Below are positions 26,093-37,938 of a DNA stretch of 64,000 nucleotides, piece after piece (positions within the stretch are counted from its first letter, which is position 1; every line of letters begins with the position of its first letter). A program made the position numbers and the translations under genes. Below the pieces are notes generated by a model. That model was not told the origin of the DNA, ran no database searches, and worked only from the letters and a program-made list of their open reading frames with translations. Source of the stretch: Octopus bimaculoides (Eukaryota); the NCBI RefSeq assembly GCF_001194135.2, contig NC_068981.1, forward strand, positions 149,994,586 through 150,058,585, given 5' to 3'.

Positions 26093-27064
26093 CTCTTTAT
26101 TTCACGCTATCTATTTTCATCTATCTCTATATATGTGCATGTGTGTATGAATATATGTTCGTAAGGATTTATGTATACGTTATTGATATTCAATTTATTA
26201 ATGAAAGCAACGACATAATGGATAGCTAGAGATTAGATATTGATTATATTTGTAGTATCTGATACCGGAGAAAATGAAGTTAAACTCCCGAGCACAATAT
26301 AGGGGACGGCTCTCAAAACCTATACACGAAACTCATCACTAGCGGGCGTGTAACGAAAAATCTACGCATTTTCTCGACCAATGAGAAATAAGTTACATCA
26401 TACGTGAATCAGTTTAACCACATAAAAGTAGTGTTGAATGTAGCCCTAGATTTACAACAAAATATGGGCTGGTCATCGTTCGAAATGATCTCATCATGAA
26501 TGTATTGTATCATGTATTGTATACTTAGTGTTAAACAATAGCAACAATTCACTACCAATCAACAGAGTAAATAATAGTTAACGACTTGAAGTAAATAATA
26601 GTTACTTGAATAAATAATAGTTAACGACTTGACCATAAAACTACCACATGTAATCCCGTTCGATCCAATTTAGAAATATTATGTCTAAAGAAAAGATTGA
26701 ATGATTTGAGCTTACTTAAAATGCGTTTAATTACAGGTTTGTTTAAACAGAACTTGCCCTTGGTTAAACAAGAACAACAACTGAATGCTAATTGCATTAT
26801 TTTCAGGCAAATATCGTAAATTGTAGGGAAAAGAGAAAGTTGAAAATCTAAAAGATGTTCATTGATAGGAGAGACGTAAGCGAAATAACAAAAGGTTAAA
26901 TAGATAGTACAGCCTTCTTCTGATATGAATTCGCTTGGTATTGCTTTAGTATCAACGAAATAAATTTAGCATCAGAGCGTAAAGTGTCATTATTAAATAC
27001 ATCCAGACAATTTGTCCGTATTCTATCAATCCAGTCTCATAGAAATATTGATTTAAAGCATTGG

Positions 27065-27290
27065 AATAAGGCCTCGAATTTAAAGGCTATGAATAATCGA
27101 TTAAACTAATCTACTATCCCAACCACACTCCCCAGCGTCAGTACTTTACTGCTATTTTATTTTATCGACCCCAGAAAGATACTGGGTAAATTTGACCTCG
27201 GCGAGAATTTAGACTCTGGACAAAATAAACGGTTGTAATTAAATATCGCGAGACGTTCAGTCCGCTGCCAAACTAGTGCCATATTGATTC
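27065..27290 (-). mobile_element. tRNA-derived SINE family B (decayed)
   Basis: TTTTATCGACCCC...TTTGACCTCGGCGAGAATTT matches the reverse complement of the family B body (cf. 52674-52900). Confidence 0.6.
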
Positions 27291-27417
27291 AATCGGCTGG
27301 CATTCAAAGATGTTAATGGAAAAATAATAGAAGATTTTATATCTACTCCATATTAAATTGGCCATTCCCGTAGACCACACCATTTTCGATGTTATCATCA
27401 TCATCGTCGTCGTCGTA

Positions 27418-27625
27418 TCTTTGTCACTGTTTTAGTAGACGCCTTCCGAAGCATTATCTTCAAAACCATCATGTTTATCACTGACGCCGCCATCATCATC
27501 ATCATCATCATCATCGTCGTCGTCGTCATCATCATAATCGTCGTCACCATCGTCCTTATCGTCAACATCATCATCGTCACCATCATCATTATCGTTATCA
27601 TCATAATCATCGTAATCATTCACTT
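27418..27625. repeat. (ATC)n/(GTC)n trinucleotide low-complexity tract
   Basis: Directly visible. It generates the spurious poly-D/poly-M/poly-I ORFs. Confidence 0.9.
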
Positions 27626-28184
27626 TTCTTCCTCTTCCTACTTCATCATCGTTGTATTTGTTTAGCATGTGCTTCTGAAATGTTATCAAATATTTTAATA
27701 TCATTACATTTCCAATAATCTCCTTTCATTGATTATTTTTCTATATTTCTTGCAAATTATTCGGATGTTAGGTTTCATAATCTATTAATAAGTTGTTTCC
27801 CTTTAATCTGTACAGTGACTATGAGAAGTTGTATTTGTTAGAATTGATTGAGTAGCATTCACTTACTTTCCCGTACGTTCTGGTTTCAAATCAAGCCGAA
27901 GATTGACTCTAACTTCCTTCTCTCGGTATTTGATGAAATAAACTGAAGTGAAAAATCTAAATGTCTATATAGTGGAATCTTTTCTTATCCACAAATTATA
28001 TTAAGATATTTAGCGGAAAACGACGTCTATTACGATGCCTTGAACTCAGTAATTGTAGAATTCTTAACTTCCATGTTATGGACACGTCTTATTGTTAATA
28101 TGTATGCGTGCACCCGCGCTCACAAATACACACACACACGCACAAATAAACACACACACACATTTATATATCAGTTGGCAATAG

Positions 28185-28415
28185 CAAGCAGTAGAATGCA
28201 GTGATCTTGCAGGGGTAAACGTTTTGCGTTATTTCGTCCGTTATTTCGTCTTTTGGAGTTCTAATTTCGCCAAAGTCGACGGAATTTGAACTGCCACATA
28301 AATTATCGGTCCCCTTTTGGAGTCAATAAAATAAGTACAAGTTGATCACTGGGTTTGACATAAACGACTTAACACTTCCCTCGAAACTTGCTGGCCTTGT
28401 GCCAAAATTTCAAAC
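28185..28415 (+). mobile_element. tRNA-derived SINE family B (decayed)
   Basis: ATTTCGTC..GAGTTCTAATTTCGCC..GTCGAC..AATAAAATAAGTAC..GAAACTTGCTGGCCTTGTGCCAAAATTT. Confidence 0.65.
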
Positions 28416-28426
28416 GATATAATAAT

Positions 28427-28543
28427 CGTTTGTAGTTACCACAACGTTTCGGCTGATTTATTCTCCAGCCTTCAACAGGTGTCCTAGTAGAATTTTGAAT
28501 TCAAACCTGGGTTCTCATTCCTGGGATATATTTTTTTTGCTGA

Positions 28544-28547
<4 letters not shown>
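28427..28547 (-). mobile_element. Short PLE-type terminal repeat with hammerhead-like core (family H1, copy A)
   Basis: Minus strand: (AAT)n-ACATCAGCAAAAAAAA..AGGAATGAGAACCCAGG..GGACAC-CTGTTGA-A-GGCTG..CAGCC-GAAA-CGTT-GTG. Homologous to 29335-29500. Confidence 0.7.
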
Positions 28548-28622
<75 letters not shown>

Positions 28623-28625
28623 TAT
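28546..28625. repeat. (ATT)n microsatellite
   Basis: Directly visible. A further (AAT)n lies at about 28718-28765. Confidence 0.95.
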
Positions 28626-28641
28626 TCAAGACACCCACTAC

Positions 28642-28712
28642 GAGCATATAGCGTAATGGTTAAGAGAGCGGGCTACTAACCCCAAGATTGCGAGTTCAAT
28701 TCCAGGCAATGC
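28642..28712 (+). pseudogene. tRNA-like SINE head / tRNA pseudogene
   Basis: A-box TAGCGTAATGG, anticodon-like arm GGGC-TACTA-ACCC, B-box GAGTTCAATTCC. The acceptor stem is not complementary, and an (AAT)n tail follows. Confidence 0.6.
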
Positions 28713-28716
28713 CTTG

Positions 28717-28765
<49 letters not shown>

Positions 28766-28766
<1 letters not shown>

Positions 28767-29322
28767 TCCTGATGCAGTACCAGACAGTGGTTCTCATGGC
28801 TTCTTATCTTAACTGATTGGAGGTACTATCATGTACATTGTTTTGTCTTAGTATAAAAGATGGGCTACAGTAAATATTCTGCTCAATACCACAGATTTGC
28901 ATGTCAGTTGCTTGATCCTAACCAGTTGAGCATGTCCCATAGTGGCTGACAATATTTGCACCTCTGATCACGAGCAGAAGTAGTGGGGGAGCATCATAGT
29001 CATGTGTTGAGAAGAACTCTTTGGGGTTTGGATAATTCACCTTTGGAAACATGGGTATTTCGTTCGACATCCTCAAACCACCTTTATTCAAGGACCTTTT
29101 GAGCAGGATGGGCTACTCGACCGGAAGGAAATCCCAACTGGGCCCGACCTGCAAGGTCATGTGCTGTTTATCTTGATATGAGACCACTATGTCGCGCAAA
29201 TATGGTTGTGATGCATGTGCCTGGTGTACCCTTATCAGACAGGTAGTCATGATGGGTATACTGGGCTTCGTATATTTTACCCCAGTGTCACTTTGATGGC
29301 ATGCCCTGCTCTATCACTCAAT
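28766..29322 (+). mobile_element. GC-richer interspersed repeat ending in (AAT)n (SINE body or LINE 3' end)
   Basis: Compositional contrast with flanks, (AAT)n at both ends, no long ORF. Family recognised from memory only. Confidence 0.45.
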
Positions 29323-29334
29323 AATAATAATAAC

Positions 29335-29500
29335 GACAACAACAACATCAGCAAAAAATAACTTAGGAATGAGAACCCAGGCTTAGGTTAAAAATTGTAC
29401 CAGGACATCTGATGAAGGCTGGAGAGTAAATTAGCCGAAACGTTGTGGTAACAACGAACAAGATGAGGACACATATCCGTCTAATGTAAATAATGTACAG
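29335..29500 (+). mobile_element. Short PLE-type terminal repeat with hammerhead-like core (family H1, copy B)
   Basis: (AAT/AAC)n-ACATCAGCAAAAAA..AGGAATGAGAACCCAGG..GGACAT-CTGATGA(29409-29415)-A-GGCT..AGCC-GAAA(29437-29440)-CGTT-GTG. Confidence 0.72.
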
Positions 29501-29511
29501 GATTCCTCATC

Positions 29512-29704
<193 letters not shown>

Positions 29705-29789
29705 TACGTCACACGATCACACACAACTAACCGGATCATACTCGCAATGAAAGCATTCACAAATAAAAGCCAACAGCATGAAACAATTT

Positions 29790-30870
29790 AATATGACAAA
29801 TAGAAACACTTCCAAACTCACTACTTCAGCTCCAAGTTATACTTCCAAACTACAAGTAGCTTATACACCCAAAAATATCACCATTGAAGGAGATTTCAAT
29901 GCAAATAGCTTTTCCCGGTAATGAAAGAAAATAGATAGCACATGGGCCGAGAACGGTATCCCAAATGAAACCCCTTTACATTACAAACAAGCCTCAGCAG
30001 TACACCTATATGCATAACGAAGTTAACTAAGATACCATTTCAACAGATATCTTTTTCTCACACATCTATCTACCAGTGCCCTATGCTAATCAGCCGTCGA
30101 ATTCATCTCCGATCTCTCCACGTCATCATCGCAACATATATCAATGAACAATATAAAATCCCTTTTAGAAACTTAAACAAAATTTGAACTAGCTCCAAGA
30201 AGAAACAGAGTTAATGTCCGCTACACAACCAATTAATACAATTACAAACAAAATAATATTCTTACAATCAGTCGCACAACCAAAATAGCCTAATAGATAA
30301 ACAGCAAGGATAACCCCCAAAAGTAGTATCAATGCCACATACAAAGCAGAAGTACAATTGCGTTTCAAGAAACAAAACAAACTACTGTTAATAACTATCA
30401 AACTCAGAAAAGCATTTAATATTTGTATCCAACAAAAATCGTAGATAAACAGTAAAACTGTATAAAGCAATTATCAGCGTGAACAAACCTAACAATGCCT
30501 AGTCACAACAATAAGAATTTCAGAAAACATTCCTGCACTGACACAATGAGAATACACTCTTGCTAAACATTCCATAGAACCTACGCTGCACAGAGGCCAT
30601 GACTTCGATACTTTCGTTTCACTAAACACCATAAAACCGGCAGAAAAGTCTGCAAGCTCAAAAGTTTCAAATCCTGCTAAAATGAAGAAAAATAGTGATA
30701 ACTGTGTAAGATCTGAAGGATTCACTACACTGATTAACATTGACTACCATTCGTATTAACACTTATAAATCCCATGGTTCTGGCAACTGGCCAAAAGTCA
30801 TTACCATTTCCTATTCAAACGAAATCCAGAGTAAATAGTCTCTTATAGGAATGCTTTAAAATGATCTTAG
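29790..30870 (+). mobile_element. Decayed non-LTR (LINE) ORF2: APE endonuclease and start of RT
   Basis: KNITIEGDFNAN at about 29870-29910 (APE GDFN motif), YTY..TISTDIFF and SD/HVII remnants, NWPKVITISY..SYR near 30785-30850 (cf. WKxAxVIPIPK..YRP). A-rich sense strand. Confidence 0.7.
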
Positions 30871-30967
30871 TCGTGTTAGCTAAAAGTAACAAAATAACTA
30901 TGCCCGCTTTTGCAGACTTTAGGCTGACCCATACTTGTTATCTCAATATTAGCTTTACTATCTAAAC

Positions 30968-31486
30968 CAGGAGCCACCAAACTTTTTTCACAGCGGGTCG
31001 GATAACTGAGAGAATTACGAGCGCGTGCCGTCATTGTAATGTTCAATACAATACAGTGAATACACCAAAAACTAAAAACAACCAGCATATTCATTTACCA
31101 AAATGTTATCAAAGATAGTTATATCACTAGTGCGCACATATCCGAATCTCACAAACTAAGCATCAAAAAAGGTTAGTGAGGTTTGTGAAACTGGTTTTTA
31201 GCTTTTAAGATATCATCAATATTTGCTTTGGAATTGCTGCACCTAACCAAGAGAATTGCATTCAAATGTTCATCAGTCAACCTTCTTCGATGTGCTGACT
31301 TCTCATACTTCATTTTTGAAAATGTTTACTCACAGACATAAGTTGTTCCAAACACTGATACCATACCAGAGACAAATGAACTATCATCGCGAGTACTTAC
31401 ACAAAAGGTAAAAAGGTACAGTAAGGCGGTGGGCAGGATGAACTGACCTCGTGGGCTGGATGTGGCCCGTAGTTTAGTGACCCCTG
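30968..31486 (-). mobile_element. Non-autonomous hAT element (519 bp) retaining the transposase C-terminal dimerisation segment
   Basis: TIRs CAGGAGCCACCAAACT / AGTTTAGTGACCCCTG. TSD ATCTAAAC (30960-30967) vs ATCTTAAC (31487-31494). Minus strand reads MVSVFGTTYVCE*TFSKMKYEKSAHRRRLTDEHLNAILLV (GTF2IRD2/ZBED5-type). Confidence 0.9.
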
Positions 31487-31750
31487 ATCTTAACGATTAG
31501 TCAGACAAATTGAATAACTCAGTCCAAGATATAATATGCTAGAAACTAGTTGAGATGGTCACCAATGAACGTCTACAGGAAAATATCTCATAGCTGCTGA
31601 ACAAGAGGTTGCCTTGCTTGTAAGCATTAATGACCGCGGAACACTCAACTGGAATGCGCAGAATCAGTAATATATGCAAAGAATCAACAGCTGTGATGTT
31701 CTGACTTAATTCACATTGTCTTTCCAATGTAGATCCACTAACAGAATCAG

Positions 31751-31856
31751 AGCCAATGAGCGACTGCGTCTACGCTGTCACTCGACATGTGGGAAAGAGC
31801 AGTCAAATCTCTTTAAGATCAACCACTATCTTTTTGTCTTTGAAATTTTGGTAAGG
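31751..31856 (+). promoter_or_regulatory. Candidate promoter (NF-Y CCAAT box) and short exon ending at a strong donor
   Basis: AGCCAATGAG (CCAAT 31753-31757), GCAGTC Inr-like at about 31799, TTTTG|GTAAGG donor at 31850/31851. Motif evidence only. Confidence 0.25.
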
Positions 31857-34184
31857 AAAAAAAAACTTGGGAGGGTACAGTTTTGCATACCCATAAGTAG
31901 ACGGGATTTTTACGGCTGAAATGTTTTACTAGCATCTAGGATGACAGGGTGTTAAGAAATAAACATTCACACTATGCAGAATGAAATGGAAAATGCAGAG
32001 TTTGCTCGGATTATACGACATACTATTAGCACTGAATCTCCGAAGGTGCAGTACATTCCTCACCTATATAAATATGTAGTATATCTTGAGCTATTGATCT
32101 GTGAGTTGAAACCGGTAATTTGTACAGCTAAGTGTTGTGGATTTAGTTGCTCCAGATTCATTTAAATAAAACTTCAACAAGTATTTCATTTCCATTCCTC
32201 TATTTCCAATATATGCTTAATGATTGCAATATAGGATTTTATAACCCCAAAATTTAATTGTGTTTAATATTATTGCAATCAACACTCTTCTCGTATAATC
32301 AATATTTTTTGTTTAATTGAAACTATAATTGTGCTCATTGCAAAGAAGAAAGCTTTCTACTTTATTATTTAATTTAGTCTCATCTAGTAAATTTATTTGA
32401 AAATTAACATCAAATTCACAGTGAAATTGTACAAAATAATAAACTTGTAAAATACAGGGTGTCTGTTATTTCCATAATTTTCCTTTCTTCCACGCAAGTG
32501 TTAGCAAATGATTGCAAATATAGATACCTTTCTGGAGATTTTGTGTTTGAAATGCTCGATCTCTATAGATATAGTTTGTCTCGTTATTAATAAACAACTT
32601 TCATGAATCCGTATCAATAATATTTCCATCTTAAGTAGCCTTTTTTATATTGATTTAACCAAACTCTACAACGTAACATTTTATAATTGTGGTTAAACAT
32701 TTAATATGACCTTATCTCGTTTTTGATGTAATGGAACCATCAAACTCAACCTATTAAGTTAACGTGTAATAAATTAACCAATGTTGTAAATGTCAGTTAA
32801 CAGGAGTTATTCGTCCTATTTCATCTATGCTTATTGTGTCTATTCGTTATAAAATATATTTAGTAACATTAAATGTGTGTTTGCACACGAAAAAGTTTTC
32901 AATGAATGTAGATATGGTGGTTATTCTGAAGATTGAATCGAAGACCTACAGAAAACATGTAAATCCTGTTAGTACCTAGTTTTTCACATTATCTTACCAA
33001 ACAATCTTTAGATCCTTTTCTGTTCTACAATAAATCGACACAGTTAAAGATAAGGGTACGTTACAGCTAATGCAACAGCCCTTCTATATTAGAAATTAAA
33101 TCATTTAGAAATTTCTGAAGAAGAGACAAATCATGATAATAGTACCTTAAGACGGAAGGCCACTGAAGATAACAGAAGAAGAGTTAGTAATTGCTGACCA
33201 AAAGATATCGTTAGTTTTAATAGAAAACATTGAATTAAATAAACTCTCTTAAAGCCAGCTGTGAATTCGGTCGTCGTTTTTTATTGGAGACGATATAGAA
33301 ACTGTCAAAATTTCAAATCGGATAATTTCAAGAAATCAAATGATATACAGAGTCGTAGCAACACAATTAAAGAATTATTATTTATATAGTGTATATCGGA
33401 AATGTATTCAATAATTTCATAGACTAAAAAATTATCCAACAATTGTACAATGCCGCTCTGTTTACACTGGTGTGACTGTCCTACTAGCTGTGACACATAT
33501 CGGACAGGTTGTAGGAATTGCACCGTGATATTGCCCTGTGCAATATCAGTGAGCAAGGACGCGTTACTGTTCGTTTCATATTATGCTCGGGTGCATTCCT
33601 CCTTAAGCTATTAACCATAAGACGTGGATTAAAGTTGAAAAATAACTGAGCCAGAATTCAGATCTCTCTTATATATTAATAATCTAGAGCATGAGCATCC
33701 CGAATACATATTTCTTTCCAGACAAATATCACACGTGGCAGTTGTTACGTTACTAGTAAATGCGACTTACTGTACAAACATATTCAAATTGGATGGAGGT
33801 GTGCATCTGGGAAGCCGAGTTTACATCTTGGATTTCATTTTCATAATTTCTCTTCATAGACGTTACAAGATATGCTTGAATATTTCATAATCATATTTTG
33901 AACCTCATTCAATGAAACTTAATGCGTCATTCATTCCTATTATTGGTTATCTCGGTTTAGCTAGCAACAATAATTTAGTTTTAATTGCCCTTTTGGTATT
34001 TCTTTACTTCTGTAACTTCACCTTTCATATAGAAAACATCAAATCAGTGAGAAAAATCATTGAGGAACTACAAACCACAAAATTATCACGGCAATTGTTA
34101 AAACATGGAAAATGAAACGATTCGATCATTTAAAACAAGACACTAATATAGTAATACGTGTACAAACCCCCGATAACGGTGTAC

Positions 34185-34290
34185 GCTCACCACGAAGATG
34201 ATGATGAGAAGAAGAAAATGGAGGAAAACATACTGTTCGCTGATGACTGACACAAATAGGAGTGATGTGGCTCTTTTTGCATAGCAACGG
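34185..34290 (-). promoter_or_regulatory. Candidate promoter/first exon
   Basis: RFX half-site GTTGCTATG (34280-34288), Inr TCAGTC (34245-34250), donor GTG|GTGAGC after 34191. Unique, non-repetitive context. Confidence 0.25.
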
Positions 34291-35854
34291 CCACCCACGG
34301 CTTGGGATTCTGACTGATTAATAATTAACACATTTAACACTCTTTTCGCTAACTGCGTTTGACAGTGTTGTAGAAATTTCTTGCTGGCAAGCTGAAAACG
34401 CGAGGTAGCTTTCATTCGTTTATTGAAGCCATTTCATTTCATTCACTGCTATAAAACTTGGGAGAAACATTATTATCACAATATAACGTTTATGCTCCCT
34501 GAAAACTATACAGCCTTGTCTCTAGTCATAAGGAACTAATATTTATGTTTAAAGGAGATTATATTATGAAATGAACTGCTGGGTAATTAAAAACAAATGT
34601 AATATTTGTTCATGAAGAAAGAAAATAAAAATGGTAATATATTAATAATGATAATCTTAATTTAATATATATAAATCATTTTGATTACACACTTTCTTAA
34701 TATTGATATCAGAAAGCATTAGTATAATGCTTTCTCTTTATTTCTCTATATATTTCTATATGTTGTTCACTATTATCCCGTATATCCATCTGACTATCTC
34801 TCTTTCATTCCCCACCTCGCTCATTTTATCTTTCTATTTCTTTCTCCCTAGTATTTCAAAATTTCACCTACTCTCTATTTTTCGCCTTCTTTCTCTTATT
34901 CTCTCTCTTTGTATTTATTTTAGTCTCTCTTATTCTATCTTTTTTATTTCTTTGTTTCTATAATTATGTATCATTCCATTTCCCCCCGCCTCTCTGTCTG
35001 TCTCATTGTTTATCTATACAAATATTTCTTCTTTCCCTCTCGCTCGCTCTATTATTTGCTCAACATTTTGCAATTAACTTAACTCGGATACATTACTTTT
35101 ATCTGAAAATTTCCCAAATTATATGTAAAATAATATTAAATGTTCTTTAACGAAATGTGACATAACTTGTGACAATACCACGTTTTATAGAGTTTTAACC
35201 GCAAAAATAGACATTTATTAGTTGAAGATAAATGTGAATGGAAAGAGATAATGAACACTTAGAGTGTGTTGAATTTAAAGAAAATAAATAGTTTAACAGA
35301 ACGAATTTATTTAACAACAAAAACAAAATAAAACAATAATATTTCGAAGCTGTTGACAAAAATAATTTCTGCATAAATGAAGTAACTTTAGGTAATTGTA
35401 AAGAAATTTCATCTTTTATTTCATTAATTACAGTGTAAGACTTAAATAAATTCTGACAGTTCGAACTAATTGTAAAAGATTCCGCAGCAGTGAAAACTAT
35501 TTAACGATGGTCTCAATCAAAATTTTGTTGTTATCTGCATTAAATTATTCAAATTTTGCAGCATTACTGAAACAACTTTTTTTTTTTTTTACCATCGTTT
35601 CAAGGTCTAAAACATTTTTTCCCACGCATTAAACGAATCCGTCAACCCACCGTCCATAGTAATTGCTTACAACATCAGTACATGGCCTTAGTTGGTTACG
35701 TCGGTCCAAAATTTGACCACTATTATATTTTATCAACCTTAGAAGGATGAACGGCAGAATTGACTCCAGTGTGATTTGAACTCAGAATGTAAAGAGGCGG
35801 AACATTTACTGCACAACATTTCTTTTACTTCTGACGATTCGGCTAACCCATCGC

Positions 35855-36170
35855 CTTTAATGATTGTTTGCAAGGCAGGAAGTGGATTAATCGATCCCAG
35901 CACTTTACTGATCGACCCCGACTCGTTCAAAGGCAAGGTTGAACTCGGCAGGATTTGAACTTAGAATGTAAGTATTTACAACAAATATCATAATGCAGTT
36001 TTTCCGACGTCCTAACAATATTGCCAATCTACTGTCCTCAATAACTGTTTCTGAAATAAACACGAATTTTGAACAAGAAGAAATTGTTGATTATGTAGAT
36101 CGCAGTAATTGACTCCGGAGGAATGAAATACAAGTTTGACTACGGTGAGATTTGAACTTAAATCTACAAG
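35855..36170 (-). mobile_element. Two decayed SINE family B copies
   Basis: GATCGACCCCGACTCGTTCAAAGGCAAGGTTGAACTCGGCAGGATTTGAACTTAGAATG and TTTGACTACGGTGAGATTTGAACT match the family B reverse complement. Confidence 0.65.
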
Positions 36171-36465
36171 TGTTGAAATATTCAAACTAACAAGGGAACC
36201 GGAATGTTATCTTTAACTTTGCTAGAATAATCTCCAAATCGTTCTCAAATTACTCTCTATTTCCTTAAATCAGAAAAGGAGATATTAGATAATGCAATCC
36301 AACATTATTCTAAAAAGATTAAATGATCACGATTGGACCGCCTTTGAATAATAAGTATGCTCAATGATTAAAATAAGTTATAATCGGTAGAGTAACATTA
36401 TTTCTACTATAAATATGATCATTTTTGAAATGCATAAGTATTGTTTGCTATTGTCTATGCTGCAG

Positions 36466-36652
36466 ATGTCGGGTTAGCCGTAACCGGGTAAGTCGACAGT
36501 CAATCTCAGGCTGTTCAATCTTCACAAACCCGCAAGCATATTGACTAACGTGTTATTTTTACGACGGTAGGAAGTGATTTCGGGTTGATATTTTGCGCAG
36601 GCTTATTGGCTCTTGTTTATAGATGCATTCATTACAAGCACAATGATACCAG
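36466..36652 (+). other. Candidate spliced exons 36466-36487 and 36571 (or 36601)-36652
   Basis: TGCTGCAG| acceptor, CGG|GTAAGT donor, branch-like TGACTAAC at 36542-36549, acceptors GTAG|(36570) or GCAG|(36600), CAG|GTTCGT donor. No recognisable product. Confidence 0.3.
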
Positions 36653-37352
36653 GTTCGTTTTGTTTTTATTTTCATTTTTACTTTTAGCTAATAGGGTAAC
36701 CTATAAACACAGTAACCGATACGTCCTCCTTTAAAAAGTGGCATGCTGTGGTCTGAGAAACATCTGGCATCTATTTCTACCTGCCGAGCGATTTATGATG
36801 CTATAATGAGAATCTCCTTATTGGTTAGGTTCACTATTATTTTGCACATATGTATGGTTGTATAGCTGATCAGTTATATACGTATAAATATATGTATAGA
36901 TGATCAGGTATATAAAGACCTGTTCATTCCCTTGCATACGACCAGGAGAGGCTTGTACGAAAAAATGTTCACACATCCAAATGCATATATGTATACAAAC
37001 AATTTTCTATATCTCGAGAGTTATTTCTCAAATTGTTTGACGACTTCAATTGCGTAGGAAACTTTCAGGATTGTCTGAGTTTATTTGTTGCCACTGATAT
37101 TAAATATGTATTGATTTCTTGATCACCCACTTAAACATTTAGGTACCCTTCATACAAACTTATGCATTTGTTTTATTACTCAGCCACAAGACATCCACCA
37201 CAAAACATGACAACGGTCCCACTCACACACACATACACAGTTTACAATCATCGTCTGAATAGTGACGCGGAGGAAGGAACTAAGAGTACAGCACAGAACG
37301 CATCTCCTGAATAAATTTGTTTAATATGCTTCTTAATATATATTTATTCTTT

Positions 37353-37770
37353 AAGGCGGCAAGCAAGTAGGATCGTTAATACGTCGGATAAAATGCTTAG
37401 CGACATTTTGTCCTTCATTACGTGCTGAGTTTGAATTCCGCTTAGGTCGACTTTGCATTTTCACTATTTCTAGGTTTATAAAATATAAACCAGTTCAACA
37501 CAGGGTTAATTTAATCAACATATTTACTCCCGCGAAATTGCTAGCCTTGTGCTAATATTTGAAACAATTGTATAGTTAAGGTTTAAAGCTGCCAACTGGC
37601 AGAATCCTTATAGGGTTGGAGAAAAGGCTTAGCGGCATTTCGCCTGTCATTACTTTATGAGTTCAGATTCCGCTGAGATCGACATTGCTTCTCTTTCTCC
37701 GGATTCGATAAAATACATACCAGTCTTTCAATACGGTTGATGTAATCGACTAATCTCCTTCTTGAAAAAT
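37353..37770 (+). mobile_element. Head-to-tail pair of SINE family B
   Basis: TAAGGCGGCAAGC...(37353) and AAAGCTGCCAACTGGCAGAATCC (about 37585), each with GAGTT(T/C)(G/A)AATTCCGC B-box and GTCGAC. Confidence 0.8.
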
Positions 37771-37883
37771 GATTGTTTTTCTCTTCGTCGTAATTAATTC
37801 AAATATTCAGTTATTGAGCTGTCCCTCAATATAAGCTCTTTAATTGTAGTATATTTACATACACATGTGTCTATGCATATTGA

Positions 37884-37938
<55 letters not shown>

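Noticed and set aside
26568-26632. Three short direct repeats AAATAATAGTTA(ACG)ACTTGA as a CRISPR-like array
   Set aside because: There are no unique spacers and the context is eukaryotic. It is a simple slippage duplication.
27432-27704. Asp-rich 90-aa ORF resembling an acidic biomineral protein
   Set aside because: It is a (GAT/GAC)n repeat that is open in several frames on both strands, with no signal peptide or splice support.
28642-28712. Functional tRNA gene
   Set aside because: The acceptor stem does not pair and an (AAT)n tail follows, which fits a SINE head or pseudogene.
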